A stretch of DNA of 63,995 nucleotides, the filler included, from Atractiella rhizophila (Eukaryota), in assembly GCA_021432655.1 (NCBI GenBank). It is 4 parts of 4 records of this genome, joined end to end, with 100 filler letters (N's around TTAATTAATTAA, not from the genome) between each part and the next. Parts side by side here need not be neighbours in the genome. Positions count along the whole stretch, not along the records: positions 1 to 28,509 come from MU271482.1; 3 more parts are not named here. One strand, given 5' to 3'. The notes under the pieces are model-generated. The model had not been told where the DNA came from. It was given only the letters and a program-made list of their open reading frames with translations, and did not search any database. Positions 12,208-24,466 of the stretch are shown in pieces. The position numbers and the translations under genes are program-made. The stretch's first letter is position 1. Every line of letters starts with the position of its first letter.

Positions 12208-12516
12208 ATGAATAATCCACGAACACCCCGACCCGACGTCGCAGCAGTGGAAGCGGCATTGAGAGAAGTTGATGAAGCGAACGCGAATGCAAGTGTAAAA
12301 TTACCCTTGATGACCGAAGATGACACAGGCTTGGGAGGGGGAAACGAAATGGATATGGTTGCTGAGCTAGGAGGCGATAACTTTGGTGCCTTTGGTGCAG
12401 GAGAAGGGCTTGGAGGAGAGGAGATTGTGGCACCGAGCGCGCCAGACGACTTTGCCCCCGCTATAACAAAGAAGAAGGGCGGTGGCGCTGGCGGGAAAAA
12501 GGGAAAAAAGAAGTAA
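12208..12516 (+). CDS. Small acidic/Gly-rich hypothetical protein with Lys-rich C-terminus
   Basis: ATG at 12208 opens 102 aa, MNNPRTPRPDVAAVEAALREVDEA...KKKGGGAGGKKGKKK. The composition is protein-like. An upstream exon cannot be excluded. Confidence 0.55.
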   Translation: MNNPRTPRPDVAAVEAALREVDEANANASVKLPLMTEDDTGLGGGNEMDMVAELGGDNFGAFGAGEGLGGEEIVAPSAPDDFAPAITKKKGGGAGGKKGKKK

Positions 12517-12655
12517 CAGATGATTGGATTTATGTCCAGACTCTTGGATTGCATCAGTCGAAATAGTTTGTAAACAATCTCTTTAGCTTCACGGTTGATA
12601 TCCCCTTCATATACACCCTGTTGTAACTTAGACGACTTTCAGATCACCTATTACC

Positions 12656-15448
12656 TCACGTTGCCTTATGAGACCCTGGGGCAGCAGTTAAAGTTTTCAA
12701 CCGCAACTTTGCCTCCTGCCTCAGCTCCTTCTCGTCTCCTCTCTCCAGTTCATGATGCTGGATCAAAGTGGCACTGACGATGAACCCGAGCGTGCAAAGC
12801 CCGGCACAAACAAGAAAGACTGTTCGAAATCCCAAAGCGTAAGCGTGAATGAGAACCTTTTGGTCTTCTGGAGAAAGTATCCTTGAGAGACTTGACCGGA
12901 TAGCCGTGGGATCGTCTAGCACAATTTGCAGTACCTCATCAGGTAAGTCGATGGATTGCGCCTCTTGCCTGATGACGTTGTTGATCAAAGCGCTAGAAAT
13001 GGCGAGCCCAAGGGTGCCTCCCAAGAAACGGAGGAAGGATCTGTTGTGAAAAAAGAAACGAGTGAATTGTCGAGGCTTGCGATAGCTGAACAAAGATTAC
13101 CTGACTGAAGTGACAACAGCCTGTGATGAACGGGTTATCACAATCAGTCGCAGGGGATATAACAGACGGTGAGCGCACCATATCTTTCCTATCCACACTT
13201 GCCTGGAGGCCGGTCAAGGATGTGAAGAAAATACAACCTGGTCCGACCGCTGCAAGGAAGAGAAACCCCATAACCTTGGAGTCCTTGGTGTTCTCTTCAA
13301 TGGTGGCCAGAAGTCCACAGGCAACGCTCCAAATCACAAATCCAGTTATGATCATAGCCTACGGAACGACGATCTTGGTTAGATAAGAAGCAGTTTGCGG
13401 GGATGGCGTACCCTCCATACTCCTGTCAGAGCAGTAATCTATTCACCAAAGTTGAGTAAGTTGGGATGGACAACGATAGGAACGTGCTTACTTGTCCACA
13501 AATCAGCACCATCACAGTTACTCCCAGCACAAAAGGAATCATGAGAACTCCGGCTCTTTAGATGCACATTAACAAGCCGCTTTGAGACATGGGAGACTTG
13601 GACTTACCTCACCGCTATAAGCGTTTGTTTGATTAGCGAAAACCGCAGTCACAAAGAGGAAAACGTACGACTGTAACCTTTGGCGATGATGAGAAGCTGG
13701 GGGACAAAGATTATTGAATTATAATAAACCATGCCCAAACACAGTGTGACGAGGCAAACCCCGGATACCGTCCGAAACCTTTACTACACAGTCAGAATGA
13801 ACCGTCGAGGATGCCAAGCGTTCTTACCTGAAAATATACATGGGAACAATCGGTAGTCGTGCAACCTGTGATCCTGTCCGAATGCCGTCGTCTTATCAAC
13901 AATGATGCTCACCTTCCATTCCCAAAACCAGAATGCAAAAAAAGTTGCAAGAGAGACGAAGATTAGGACTAGCACTGGGGCTGACCTGAAAAGGAGAGTT
14001 TGGACAGAATTTCTAGGAACACGCTTGAGAGCTTACACCCATTCATACTCGACACCACCCCTTGAACTTGAAATCAGAACGTAACACGCATGGGACTACT
14101 GCTACGTACCAATTGAGAGCGATCTGCAGCCAACAAGTATCAGTAAAGGACGGAATGAGATAAACTAAATTTACGAGTAGGAGGATGGAGCCGGTTAAAG
14201 TCTGATATCAGCAAAATCAACCTTCACGTACCCTTTAGAGGCAATGCAATACTCACAAACGCCGACCCAACATAGTCAATGGACTTCAACTTTGAATAAA
14301 GGTCCCCTTCAACTTTTTTTAGCGGCAGGCAAAGAGTTATGAGCTTCTCATCTGGATGAGATTTGTGATCCAGCTTTGTGATAAGGTACTCACGGTCAAC
14401 GCGACGCCGCTGATGGGAAGATTGATCTGTTGTAAAATTAAACCGAGTAAAGGAATATTGATTGACCTCGGGACGGACCCAGAAGCACCAACGCCATGAA
14501 ACCTGCTCAGAAAACACTCCTCCTGTGCTCAGTATCAGCACTGTTCCAGTGGTTACGTGGGACTCAATGACCCAACAGTGGACCTAATCCATTTGAGATG
14601 GCAGCGACGCATTCGAAGATTCCTTGATACTGGTCCCCTTAGCTCAAAAGTAAAGAGACGGGAAAAAACGAACTTTTCCTCGATTTTTAAGGTCCACAAT
14701 GTCAGACTAGAATAACAGGCAGACTAAATATTAATCGTACGGAGTAGATTCAACTCACCGCTATTATATACGTTAATGTCATGATATTCCCTCCACCGAT
14801 TCCTACGCCTAGTCAGGTCACTGTCACATCGTGGGCACATTCTGCGAACCTTGAAAGGCCCTGAAAACAATTAATTGTGTCATCGACTGAGAGAGTGCAC
14901 AGGCTAGAGAAGCCAATAAGAACTCGATCTAACAGATGGTCATCACAATTTCAGGTCTAGAAATACTGAAACTCACAACTCCGATCAGCAAAACCAATTT
15001 CCGGCCAAAGATGTCACTGAGACGACCAAAGGACGGTTGAAACGCAGTTGAAGTCACCAAGTAGCTGTTTACGTTCTCAATATACCGTCCATCAAGAATC
15101 AGAGAGGATAAATTGGACGCACGCCGTGACCACCCATACTGATTGACGACCACCATTGAAGTAAGCTGCCACCGTTGGAAGTGCTGGACCAATGATGACT
15201 TGGTCAAGGTAAACGAGCGCCAGACAGAGTGCCAAGGCGATAAATACGACGACAGCTTGTTGGGCGGGGAGGAAGTTAGTTTGCGTCGTCAACACCACGT
15301 TTGAGGCACTGGGAGAATCTTCTTTGAGCCCGCTGGCATCTTTGAGATCTTGGTCTTGTTTTGTGTCGAGGCGAGAGTTGATCTCCAAAATTTCCAAATC
15401 AACTTCATTCTGGCAATCACGGATAGGAGCAATGGGTTTGTCTGACAT
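12656..15448 (-). CDS. MFS drug:H+ antiporter (DHA2, 14-TMS type)
   Basis: Motifs LVYLDQVIIGPALPTV, SYLVTSTAFQPSFGRLSDIFGRK (motif A), GGVFSEQVSWRWCFW, IDYVGS, FLRFLGGTLGLAISSALINN. Many short introns. Confidence 0.9.
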
Positions 15449-16233
15449 CTAGTGTTTACTGCCTGCTTCGAGTTTAAGTTGAGTTGGAAGCAATGGCAGG
15501 GTTGGGGAATGAATGGGAAAGAGCAAGTTTAAATCAATAATGCCCAGTATACGCTAGAGAGGAATATCAAGTAAGCGTCGAATTTGTGGTTGAGGTAACA
15601 AGGGTCGAGTTAACTCGCTGGAGTTAGTGATGAGTAAGACAGAGCAAGGGTTTGACTCAGCAGACCTCTCTGGGGTGGAGATGCTCTGGAAGGCGGAGTT
15701 GACTTGTCCAAGCAATGCCGCTGGTATTAGTCCAAAGTCAAGGGCTCATTTCAATGTCTGACGGAAAATATTATCCAGTAAACCAGCTTTCCCACAAGAT
15801 CTCGTTCAAGGCAGCAGCGAAAAAAAATAAGACGAAAAATACGCTCTTGTGCAAGGGAAGCAGCGTTTCACTCTAGCCGTGGTGAAAACGCACCTGTACC
15901 CTGTCGCTTTAGACCTTGACCATCAACTAGCCACACTCAAAAGAACTGCGGCACGAACGGAACTCGCCCCAAGACTTCAGGCACCGATCTTATCGTAGAG
16001 ACTCAATTGGATACTCCTCGATAACCCTGTCAATTTGCAGCAGCATCAATGAATGAGTGACGATTATGAAGTTCTGAACCACGGGTAATGCAGCTAGTGA
16101 AGCTGTGTAGGGTTGGGGTTGACACGGTGTCGCTTTTGACCTCGACCACTATTAAGCCACTCTCCTACTCCAATTCTCGCTTGCCTCTCCTCGATAAGTC
16201 AGACAATAAGTGAACACCTGCAGAAGAACAAAC

Positions 16234-17022
16234 ATGATAAGTTATATTCCTCAAGCGCCACGAACACCAGCTGATTGCGGGTTCTGAATGGCTACAGCTC
16301 TCCCAAGCGAAGAATCGAGACAGATGTCATGAAACTGTGGGCCTCTTCGACTTCTACAGCGATGTGACACGCAGATGCTGATAGCTGTTTGCACAAGGTT
16401 GATGTCGGATTACGAAGTTACACTTGTGAATGACAACATGCAGGAGTTCTACGTCAAGTTCTCAGGGCCAACAGAGAGTAAGCTCATCGTTCTGGAATGG
16501 TTAAGGCAGGGATAATGCTAATGTGACCGAAGCACCCTTTTCCGGTGGAGTATGGAAGATCCACGTCGAGCTACCAGACCAATATCCCTACCGATCCCCA
16601 TCCATTGGGTTCATGAACAAGATCTTCCACCCTAACATCGACGAGCTCTCCGGTTCTGTCTGCCTCGATGTCATCAACCAGACTTGGTCACCAATGTTCG
16701 ACATGATCAATATCTTCGAAGTGTTCCTCCCACAGTTGCTCCGGTACCCCAATCCCTCCGATCCATTGAACGGAGAAGCGGCAGCATTGTTGATGAGGGA
16801 GCCGAAGAGGTATGACGAGAAGGTTAAAGGTGCGTCCTCTATTCGCTGTGTACGGGTATTTGTAGAATGATGTGTTGCGATGGCGCAGATTATGTGCAAC
16901 GGTTCGCGACGAAAGAGGCGGCTGACGATGCCGGGAAAGCGGACGACGACGATGATGAGGAGTTGAGCGATCTCGAACATCTCTCGGATGAAGGGAACGA
17001 AGCAGACGGAATGGAGTTATGA
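16234..17022 (+). CDS. UBC8: Ubiquitin-conjugating enzyme E2 Ubc8/UBE2H
   Basis: [15 protein letters not shown]..., [80 protein letters not shown], then an acidic tail. The first intron appears to be AT-AC (16237-16295). Confidence 0.95.
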
Positions 17023-17484
17023 GTTCCTTCTCCTCTTCCCCTCGCCCTATCTGCTTCGCCCCTTTCACCGATCTGTGCCACTGTAGAACATTTGTTTCCG
17101 TTTGACGCCTTTCTTTTCAGTTTGTACTCTTGATCGATTTGATCTATAGCTTGCCTTGCAATCAGTTTGCTATCTGTTTAGTCGTGTGACAATACCAAAT
17201 CAATGAAACTACCTTTTTCCTTTACACGTACGGTCCAAATTTCGATAAGGCGACCACAGTGGTTCAGTACATTTCTCCATACGAGCGTTTGATGTGTTGG
17301 CTTCAGGCAGACTTCTGCGAGAGAGAATGGGAATGGAACTCTCAAAAATCGGTTTCACGTCATACAATATATAATACGAGAAATTCAGAGGACAAAACTG
17401 ATGACGGTATATACAACCAAATTCACTCCTTTTACTGATCACCCACATCCTCCTCATCAACTCTCCGCCACATCGTATGATTAC

Positions 17485-17991
17485 TTAGAAAGCCTGTTTC
17501 TGAGAGCTCGTCGTCCCTATCCTCTGCTTCCTGTTCTTTGGAGCGTACACATTGTTGTACCAATAGATGCCACCTGCAACAAATGCTAGCGCGACAAAGT
17601 TCCCTGTACCCAGGTTCATTTATCAGGCGGGGACATAGGGAAGTGGAAGCTGGAGACGGACCGAGCACAAAGTGGATAGCTCCGCCAGTTAATTTTATTC
17701 CGGCATTAACTGTGTCCGTGATGAGACCGATAGCGCTGGAGAAGACGCTTTCGAGGGTCTTGAAGGCGGCTGAGAAGACGTTCTCGAATCCATGGAAGAG
17801 CGTCGTCAGGAACGAAGTGATGGTCACGGCAATACTTCATGTCAAAACAAGTTATCAATGGTTTTCATAGAGAAGGTAAATGGGGGGAGGACTTACAGAT
17901 TGAGCACGTTCAGAAGCGCTTGGAAGAGGGAGATGGGGATTTGGAGGAGGGAGTTGAGGAGAGAGCCGATGGATTCAAAGATTCCTGACAT
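17485..17991 (-). CDS. Small amphipathic-helix protein with C-terminal TM segment and basic tail
   Basis: Three exons: MSGIFESIGSLLNSLLQIPISLFQALLNVLN|LIAVTITSFLTTLFHGFENVFSAAFKTLESVFSSAIGLITDTVNAGIKLTGGAIHFVL|GNFVALAFVAGGIYWYNNVYAPKNRKQR...AF*. The first donor is a canonical GTAAGT. Confidence 0.75.
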
Positions 17992-18118
17992 GGTCGTTAA
18001 TTATTTCGATAATATCGTTATATTTTGGTTAGATTTGGCGTTAAGCGTCGTTATGATTGTTATGTGAGGCAACCCAGACGTTGCTTTACCTCTTTTTATG
18101 TTGTTCGAAAAGATTGGA

Positions 18119-18188
18119 TGACGTAACAGCGTCATCTCTGGGATTATGACGTAAGGTTAAAGTTTGCCATCCAATTATTGTTGAGTCA
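18119..18188. promoter_or_regulatory. Cluster of bZIP sites (2x CRE-like TGACGTAA, 1x AP-1 TGAGTCA)
   Basis: TGACGTAA at 18119-18126 and 18147-18154 and TGAGTCA at 18182-18188, 130-200 bp upstream of the small gene starting at 17991. Confidence 0.5.
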
Positions 18189-18515
18189 TAGTCGATGATA
18201 TAGGACTAGAATATTATCAGAAGTTGCTAGTGAATAATAATGATTGTAGATTGGCAGATGCGTGCTTTCTAGCTGGCTATTTTGTCCAGACGGGCTTGTT
18301 GCACGATGAAATGGAGTTTACACGTTGGTATACCTAGAATATTGTAGAATTATTCTACAATTAGCTCGCTCCTTAAAAGATGGTAAAACCCCGGATGCTA
18401 CTGAGCTTTCCTTTAGGGGACAGACGCAGCAGCGGAAGGACTGTGAATACGTAGACATATATTCTCCATGAGAACCCAAAAGACTTGATATAGACATTAA
18501 TCCTAGAGCGTTGGT

Positions 18516-21141
18516 TCAACCAAAAATGATCCCCAACCGCTCCTGCAATTGGTCAGCATCATACTTGAAATATTTCGAGGGATCTATATTGTAAATCAGC
18601 TATCCGACTGTTTCAAGCTTGAAACAAACGCGTACTTTTGCTAAACTCTCTATCCTTATGTTTCTGTGCAAACTTAGCATAAGTAGGCACCACCATCCTA
18701 TTGACCTCATCCTTGAGCCTATTTCTGAGCTCGTTCCCGCCTTCCTTCTCCAAGGTCGCTGTCAAATGGAGCGCCTCAATATCTTCTAGACCCTCGTTGA
18801 AGCGACCAAATCGGTCCTTCACCTCTTTCCTCTCGTTGCTCTCCTTCCCACCGACGACGGCCTTGACGCCAGTCGGCGCATTGCCCACATCCAACATGGC
18901 AGAGACGAGAGGCGACCAGATTTCGAGGTACGCCGTCTTGGCTGTCCGCATCTTCTTATTCAGCTCATCTTGACAGGCGTCTGGCAGAAGATCAGATACG
19001 GCGCTGGAGGTGATCTCACGTCGGATGTACGACAAGTTGTTGAGGAAGAATATGGGAGAGAAGCCAGAACGGGTTCGGGTGGAGAGGGTCTTGGCTCGCG
19101 CTTCCAGTGAAACGAGAAGAGTGTGTAGCACATCCGCTAAATCACTTATTGGTGACTACTTTGGAGAAGTAAGGGATGGGACAAACCAAGGTACTGCTCG
19201 ATGAGAGGATCGTTTTCTGATACTGCCTTCGAGCCTCCACCTACTCCTCTTCCTCCGAATATCCAATTTCCAGGCCCAAGAGTAGACAGTAGGCTTTCCA
19301 CAACGTCCTGCTTGTCGCAAAGCTGGCGCATAAAATTGACAACCTGACCAATCCGGTTATTCACCTCGCATTATACTTTTCCAACAAAAAATGAACACTC
19401 ACATTGACAGCTACGCCGCTGACGCCAGCGTCTGCCAGCTCCGAAGTAGAAGGGGCCTTAGTACCAAAGGCCTTGGCTCAGATATCCATCAGCAACGAAG
19501 ACAACTGGGCTATACGCAGGAGAGATACATACTTTCGTATCCTCGATGAATTCAGGAAGAGTCCGGAGACAGCTGGCACGGAAAGAATGTATCATATCTC
19601 CCAACTCGTTCTCCTTCCTCCCACTCCTTCCCCTCACAACTTCATCGAACCGGTCTTGGCGACCTTTCCACGCACACATCAGCAGCTACTTAAAGGGCGA
19701 AAGACGAGTGGAAAGACTCTGAAGTTCGGCATAGCAATCGAAAGCTAAGGACACCGTCGAGCCTAACGACTTCTTCACGACGGAATTAACGGATGTACAA
19801 GCGTTCGCGAAGGCGGCCAAGGAGTTAGACATCACTTTGGCGAAAACAGAGGGGGCGGCTGCTGGACCCCAGAGGCGATCGACGAGCTTGTACTCAACCT
19901 ATGCCAGACCACACGTCAGCAAGGATTGATGTTCCACAATATGAAACCTGAGGAACAAAGGGGACGGAACACACCTCCGCCTGCTCTAATAGGAAATCGG
20001 CGTATCTCCCAAGCCTCGGGACATCACCTTCTTTCACTCCATCTAGCGTCTTCTTTCCCACCACCTCAGTGCAAGAAGTCACGTATTGGTTGCGCAGATC
20101 AGCGTAGGTGACGTGTAAGCCTTTCTCAATTGACGAGACGTTCGGAAGGGTGCGAATGTAGAGAAGGACTTTGAGGATTGGATCAAGAACGGTTGGTAGG
20201 AGACCAGGAGGTTGCGCTGCATATGGAAGTCGTGGAATTTGAGTTAGGATGCGAGGTGAAAGAGACGAGACGAACAAGAAAGCAGTTTGCTTGCATCGGG
20301 GGATTTCGATGGAGTCTCCTTCTTCACCCATCCAAGTATCATATCACCGAGCGAGCGCGCTCCTTCCTTGAGCAAGGCATGCTATTTCTCGCTCGTCAAA
20401 TTCAAAAGCCGTCATGAGTTAGAGAGGCACGAACAATCTCATCGTACGTAGGATCCTTCGTCCTCCCTCCCCCAAGACCGGATTTCTCCATCTGCTTGCT
20501 AGCATCCAGCAGTCTATCGAGTGAAGCAGTGTACGAAGTTGACCATGTCGATGAGTTAGGTCTTCCGCAGGAAAATACAGCTGGAGTGAACACTTCCATT
20601 CTATAGACGGGGGCTTGAATTGACGCACCCAGCCTTTATGATCTCGCTCTCCGTTTCAACCAAATCGTGATAGCCCAACAACCCATCGAGGGCACGGAGA
20701 ACCTGTTCAATGTCTTCGCGGCAAGAATTGCGAATCAGAATCAGGCAGGAAAACAGGAGCAGAAGAGATGGGCTGACTTCGTGCTACTTTTGTGAGGCGT
20801 GAAGTGGACTTGTGGATGGGCAGAATGGACGATTCGAGCTTCGATAGTCTAGATTAACAAGAGTCAGTGGGTGTGAAAGAACATGGTTACTATTCATGCA
20901 ATTCAGAAAAAGCGTCTCACTTGCACGACAATCATTCAAGCCGTAAAGTTAAGCGTGTGTGCTCAGATATCCAAAAATCACAGGTAACTTGTTGGACACA
21001 TCGAAAGAAGAGGGTCGCTCACCGCGTATCGAAGCCCTTCAGTCCACCAACCATGCGCTCCGTGACCCTCTTTCCCTTTTCGAGATTCTGCAGCAACAAG
21101 TCCAAGTCCGCTTCGGACTGTTCCAGTGAAGAGTTCATCAT
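18516..21141 (-). CDS. EXO70: Exocyst subunit Exo70
   Basis: N-terminus MMNSSLEQSEADLDLLLQNLEK...LKGFDTR|LSKLESSILPIHKST. C-terminal motifs IFFLNNLSYIRRE, KEVKDRFGRFNEGLE, RLKDEVNRMVVPTYAKF, FSK|DPSKYFKYD. Confidence 0.9.
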
Positions 21142-21235
21142 CTTTGCTTCCACTAGCCAGCGATTCTGCGACACTCCCACTCGAAGTCGTAATGTAAAAC
21201 CACGTGACAATTACCCTGGAACGCAGAACTTCAGT

Positions 21236-22456
21236 ATGCCTCGCTGTGTAACATGCAATCTGCCCGTCGAAGCCCTTTACACGCTCTACAGCGCAGGTGC
21301 GTCTGCCATCCCATGACTTAAGCAGAACATTCGGTGACAAGTTGAATATTGAATACTGATGCCGAGTGAAAGGGCACTATTCTCTGCTCGAGTGTCCGTC
21401 ATGCAAGAACCTCGTTGACCCTTACGTCGAATTCGAGGCGCCTATAATCCTACTCGACCTCTTCCTTCTAAAACCTCGCGCGTACAGACATTGTATCCAC
21501 AATCGCGTGCGTCAGTTTCTCCCTCGCAGAACTCCCATTTCATGCTTTGGACTGAAGCATCAAAGAGATATTGACACACGTCGTGGATGATGATGCTGCG
21601 AGTATGAAAGCTGACACTCGCTTTGCTTTCTATTTGACAGAACGGTGATTGGCTGCCACTCCTCACTGCGCTCACAGGGATGGATACATGTACGCATACC
21701 TCATCCTCCTTCCAGGTGGTCCACACGTTGATTCTCTTCTTCCATTTCAAACTCCCAAGTCGTGCGATGGTGGCCATCGCACACTACTCCCACCTCGCTC
21801 ACATCATCACTCATGCTCCTCCTCCACTCCCTCCGGCGCTCAATCACAGGTTCGTTACGTCTCTCATCTATAAAGAGTCTTCAGACCCCTTTCTAAGAGG
21901 ATCTGCTCTGATCAATGAATGCGGCATGTTGTAGAAACCGCCCTATTCTTTATTGGTGTCACACTTTCCTGCTACCTGCTCAAGACATTTGACCGCCGAA
22001 ATACCTCTTTCATGTTAGTACTTCTTATTCTTCCATCTCTCTCGCTGAAGCAGATATCTACATTGTATCTTATGCGACTGGATTGGATTCGGATGGATCC
22101 ATTCTTCGAACAGCCCGTCCCTAGCCCCACTAGCCCTCCTATATTCCTCTCTACCTCCTGCCCTCCTCCTCTTCCTCTCGCTCATCTGGACTCCTTCATC
22201 TGCTCCCTCCACGTCCACATCCCCACCTCCTTCCACCTTCGGCAACAGGGAACTGTTTGGGTTTGGATTGGGTGCAGAAGAGTGGGCAAGTAGAATTGGG
22301 AGGGATTGGGGATGGGAATGGGATAGGATGGAGGTGGTGCGGTTTGCGCTGAAGCGCGTGTATGCGGTTGCTGGTGTGTGGGTAGTGATGGGAGGAAGTA
22401 AGCGATAGTGTTTTCCATACTCTTCTCTGTGACCTGTCACGGCAACGGCAGAATAA
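21236..22456 (+). CDS. ARV1: Arv1 lipid-trafficking/GPI-pathway protein
   Basis: Arv1 homology domain MPRCVTCNLPVEALYTLYSA...LLECPSCKNLVDPYVEFEAPIILLDLFLLKPRAYRHCIHN, followed by hydrophobic segments. Confidence 0.88.
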
Positions 22457-22543
22457 TTCGAAAGGAGCACTCGGCGTTGAAATTGTCCAAGAATATGCAT
22501 GAGGGTATGTAGATAATGTAAGTTCTGTGGGAAGGAATCCCAA

Positions 22544-23841
22544 TCACAGATTCGCTTTGATTTTCTTTGGTTTGACCATACCCAACCGTTCCCTTCCGGC
22601 TAACTCATCATCCTCCGCCATCCCAAACCTCTTGTCCTCCTTCATAGCGTCGACGATAGGTCCATTAAGCGCGACCTATCCATCATCCAGCCAGCAGTCA
22701 GTGCTAAATACGAACCCAAAATCCCCAAAGGGAACAGAAAGACTGAAGGATTGAAAATAAACAGGAAGAGGAAAGGGGTTCGACACGCACCTTCAAAACG
22801 CCGAGAACCCCCTTTTCCGCCTTCACTGCCGCCTTGTCAGCGAGCTGGAACGCGACAGGCAACATCTTTCCGACTGCGTCGTCAGAGGGTAGACAGGGGA
22901 CGATGGTATCCACCAGCTCATGCTTGAGCGCTTCTGTGGCGGTGAAGCGGTGACCCTGTTTGAAGAGCGTAGATGCTTGTGTTAGATGACAATCATGGGA
23001 TGTGGGATGGGGATGAGGATGGGAAAGAGGATGAAAGATGACGCACTTGGAGGACAACATTTCGCAGAGTTGAGAGCGACATTTTGTGCCTGAGCAGCTC
23101 CATCATTCCTCCAATCAACTATTCACCAATTCGCACGTTAGCGCTCCTTCGTTGCTTCGAAAGGTTGCAATAAAGGAAGGGAGGATAGGGGGAAGAAGAA
23201 CATACGGGAATCCCGAGGTCGACCTCGTTCATGCACATGAACGACGCTCCCTTAGCAGCCTCGACATGCTTGAAGACCCTATAGTCATGAGCAAGGGCGA
23301 GCATCATCCCTCCAGCAAAAGCGTGGCCTGTTATGCATGCGATGGTCGGGAGAGGGAAGGTGAGCAGTCGAATCATTAGCGGGAAGAAGACGTCTTGCAT
23401 CAAGCGCGGGTTCGCAAATCCCTGGCACCCATCCCATCACATATCAGACTTGGCTTCGCTACATTAAGGGAGAAGTGGGGATGTACGGCGGGAAAGTCGA
23501 GTCCGTTACTGTTGTTTCGTTCGGTTCAGTCGCATAGGCAAAACTAATCATTCATAATGTGTATCTGAAGAGGAGACAGCGAACCTGTAGAACCTCCCAT
23601 TCCCAACAGTCACCACGGCTGCCCGCCTATCCTTCGAACCCCATTCTGCGCTCCTCCAAATGCGCTCAATCTCGTCTAACGCCGGGAGGAAGGATTCGTT
23701 GACGAACTGGGGCGTGAGACGGTTGTCGAACACTTTGCCATGTGCAGAATAGTTGAGTGTGAGCAGGAATATGGTCGGCTGGGGCCGCGTGAGGGTGATG
23801 AGCGGGGTGGGCGAAGAACGCGGGAAGGTGATGGGCTCCAT
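22544..23841 (-). CDS. Crotonase-fold enoyl-CoA delta-isomerase/hydratase, probably peroxisomal
   Basis: DNRLTPQF, AVVTVGNGRFY|SNGLDF, LLTFPLPTIACITGHAFAGGMMLALAHDYR, CMNEVDLGIP, GHRFTATEALKHELVD. C-terminal -ANL is PTS1-like. Confidence 0.88.
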
Positions 23842-24466
23842 GGCTGTTGCTTATGCTCTGAAGGATGGGTCGTGAGCTGGCTCGTGGGTTATTTTGTGAG
23901 ACGGAGTATTGTTATATGGCTCTGCGCTCGGAGAGCAGCTCGAAGGCCGTTGAAGCTGAATACCCGGCTGTAAGGAGGTGGCTCTAGCCGGTGATACCGC
24001 TGGTAAGCCAAAGGCCCGCAACTCACCTGAGCTACCACACACGATATTTCCTCGGCGAGGGAAGGAATGAGTGGATGTTAACGTTGCAATCGCAATGCAA
24101 TTAAGGCAGGTCTGCTAGGCAGGTTGTAGCCCATTTGTTTATTATTCCTGATTTTCTGTTTGAAGAAACATAACTAGTCCGCTGCAAGAGCATCGAATTG
24201 TAGCTTGCCAAAGATCATATTCCAGGTCTTCTCCATTCTTGACAAGTAACTTGTCAGCACACCAGCACCAGTAATCAATAAGGTAGAGGTGGGAGTCCTA
24301 AACTGGAGCATATAGATAGATGCAGTTGGTCAAATTATGAATCGTCATTGACATCGTAAAGGATTACCATTGCTCATGTTAAGTCATAACATCATTTTTA
24401 TTTGTCAATACTGAAAGTTATAGGTTCTCTCATAATTACCAGTGACAGAACTTTGTACAACCCACA

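Noticed and set aside
16237..16295. U12 (minor spliceosome) intron
   Set aside because: It lacks the ATATCCTT donor and TCCTTAAC branch consensus. The signals are U2-like.
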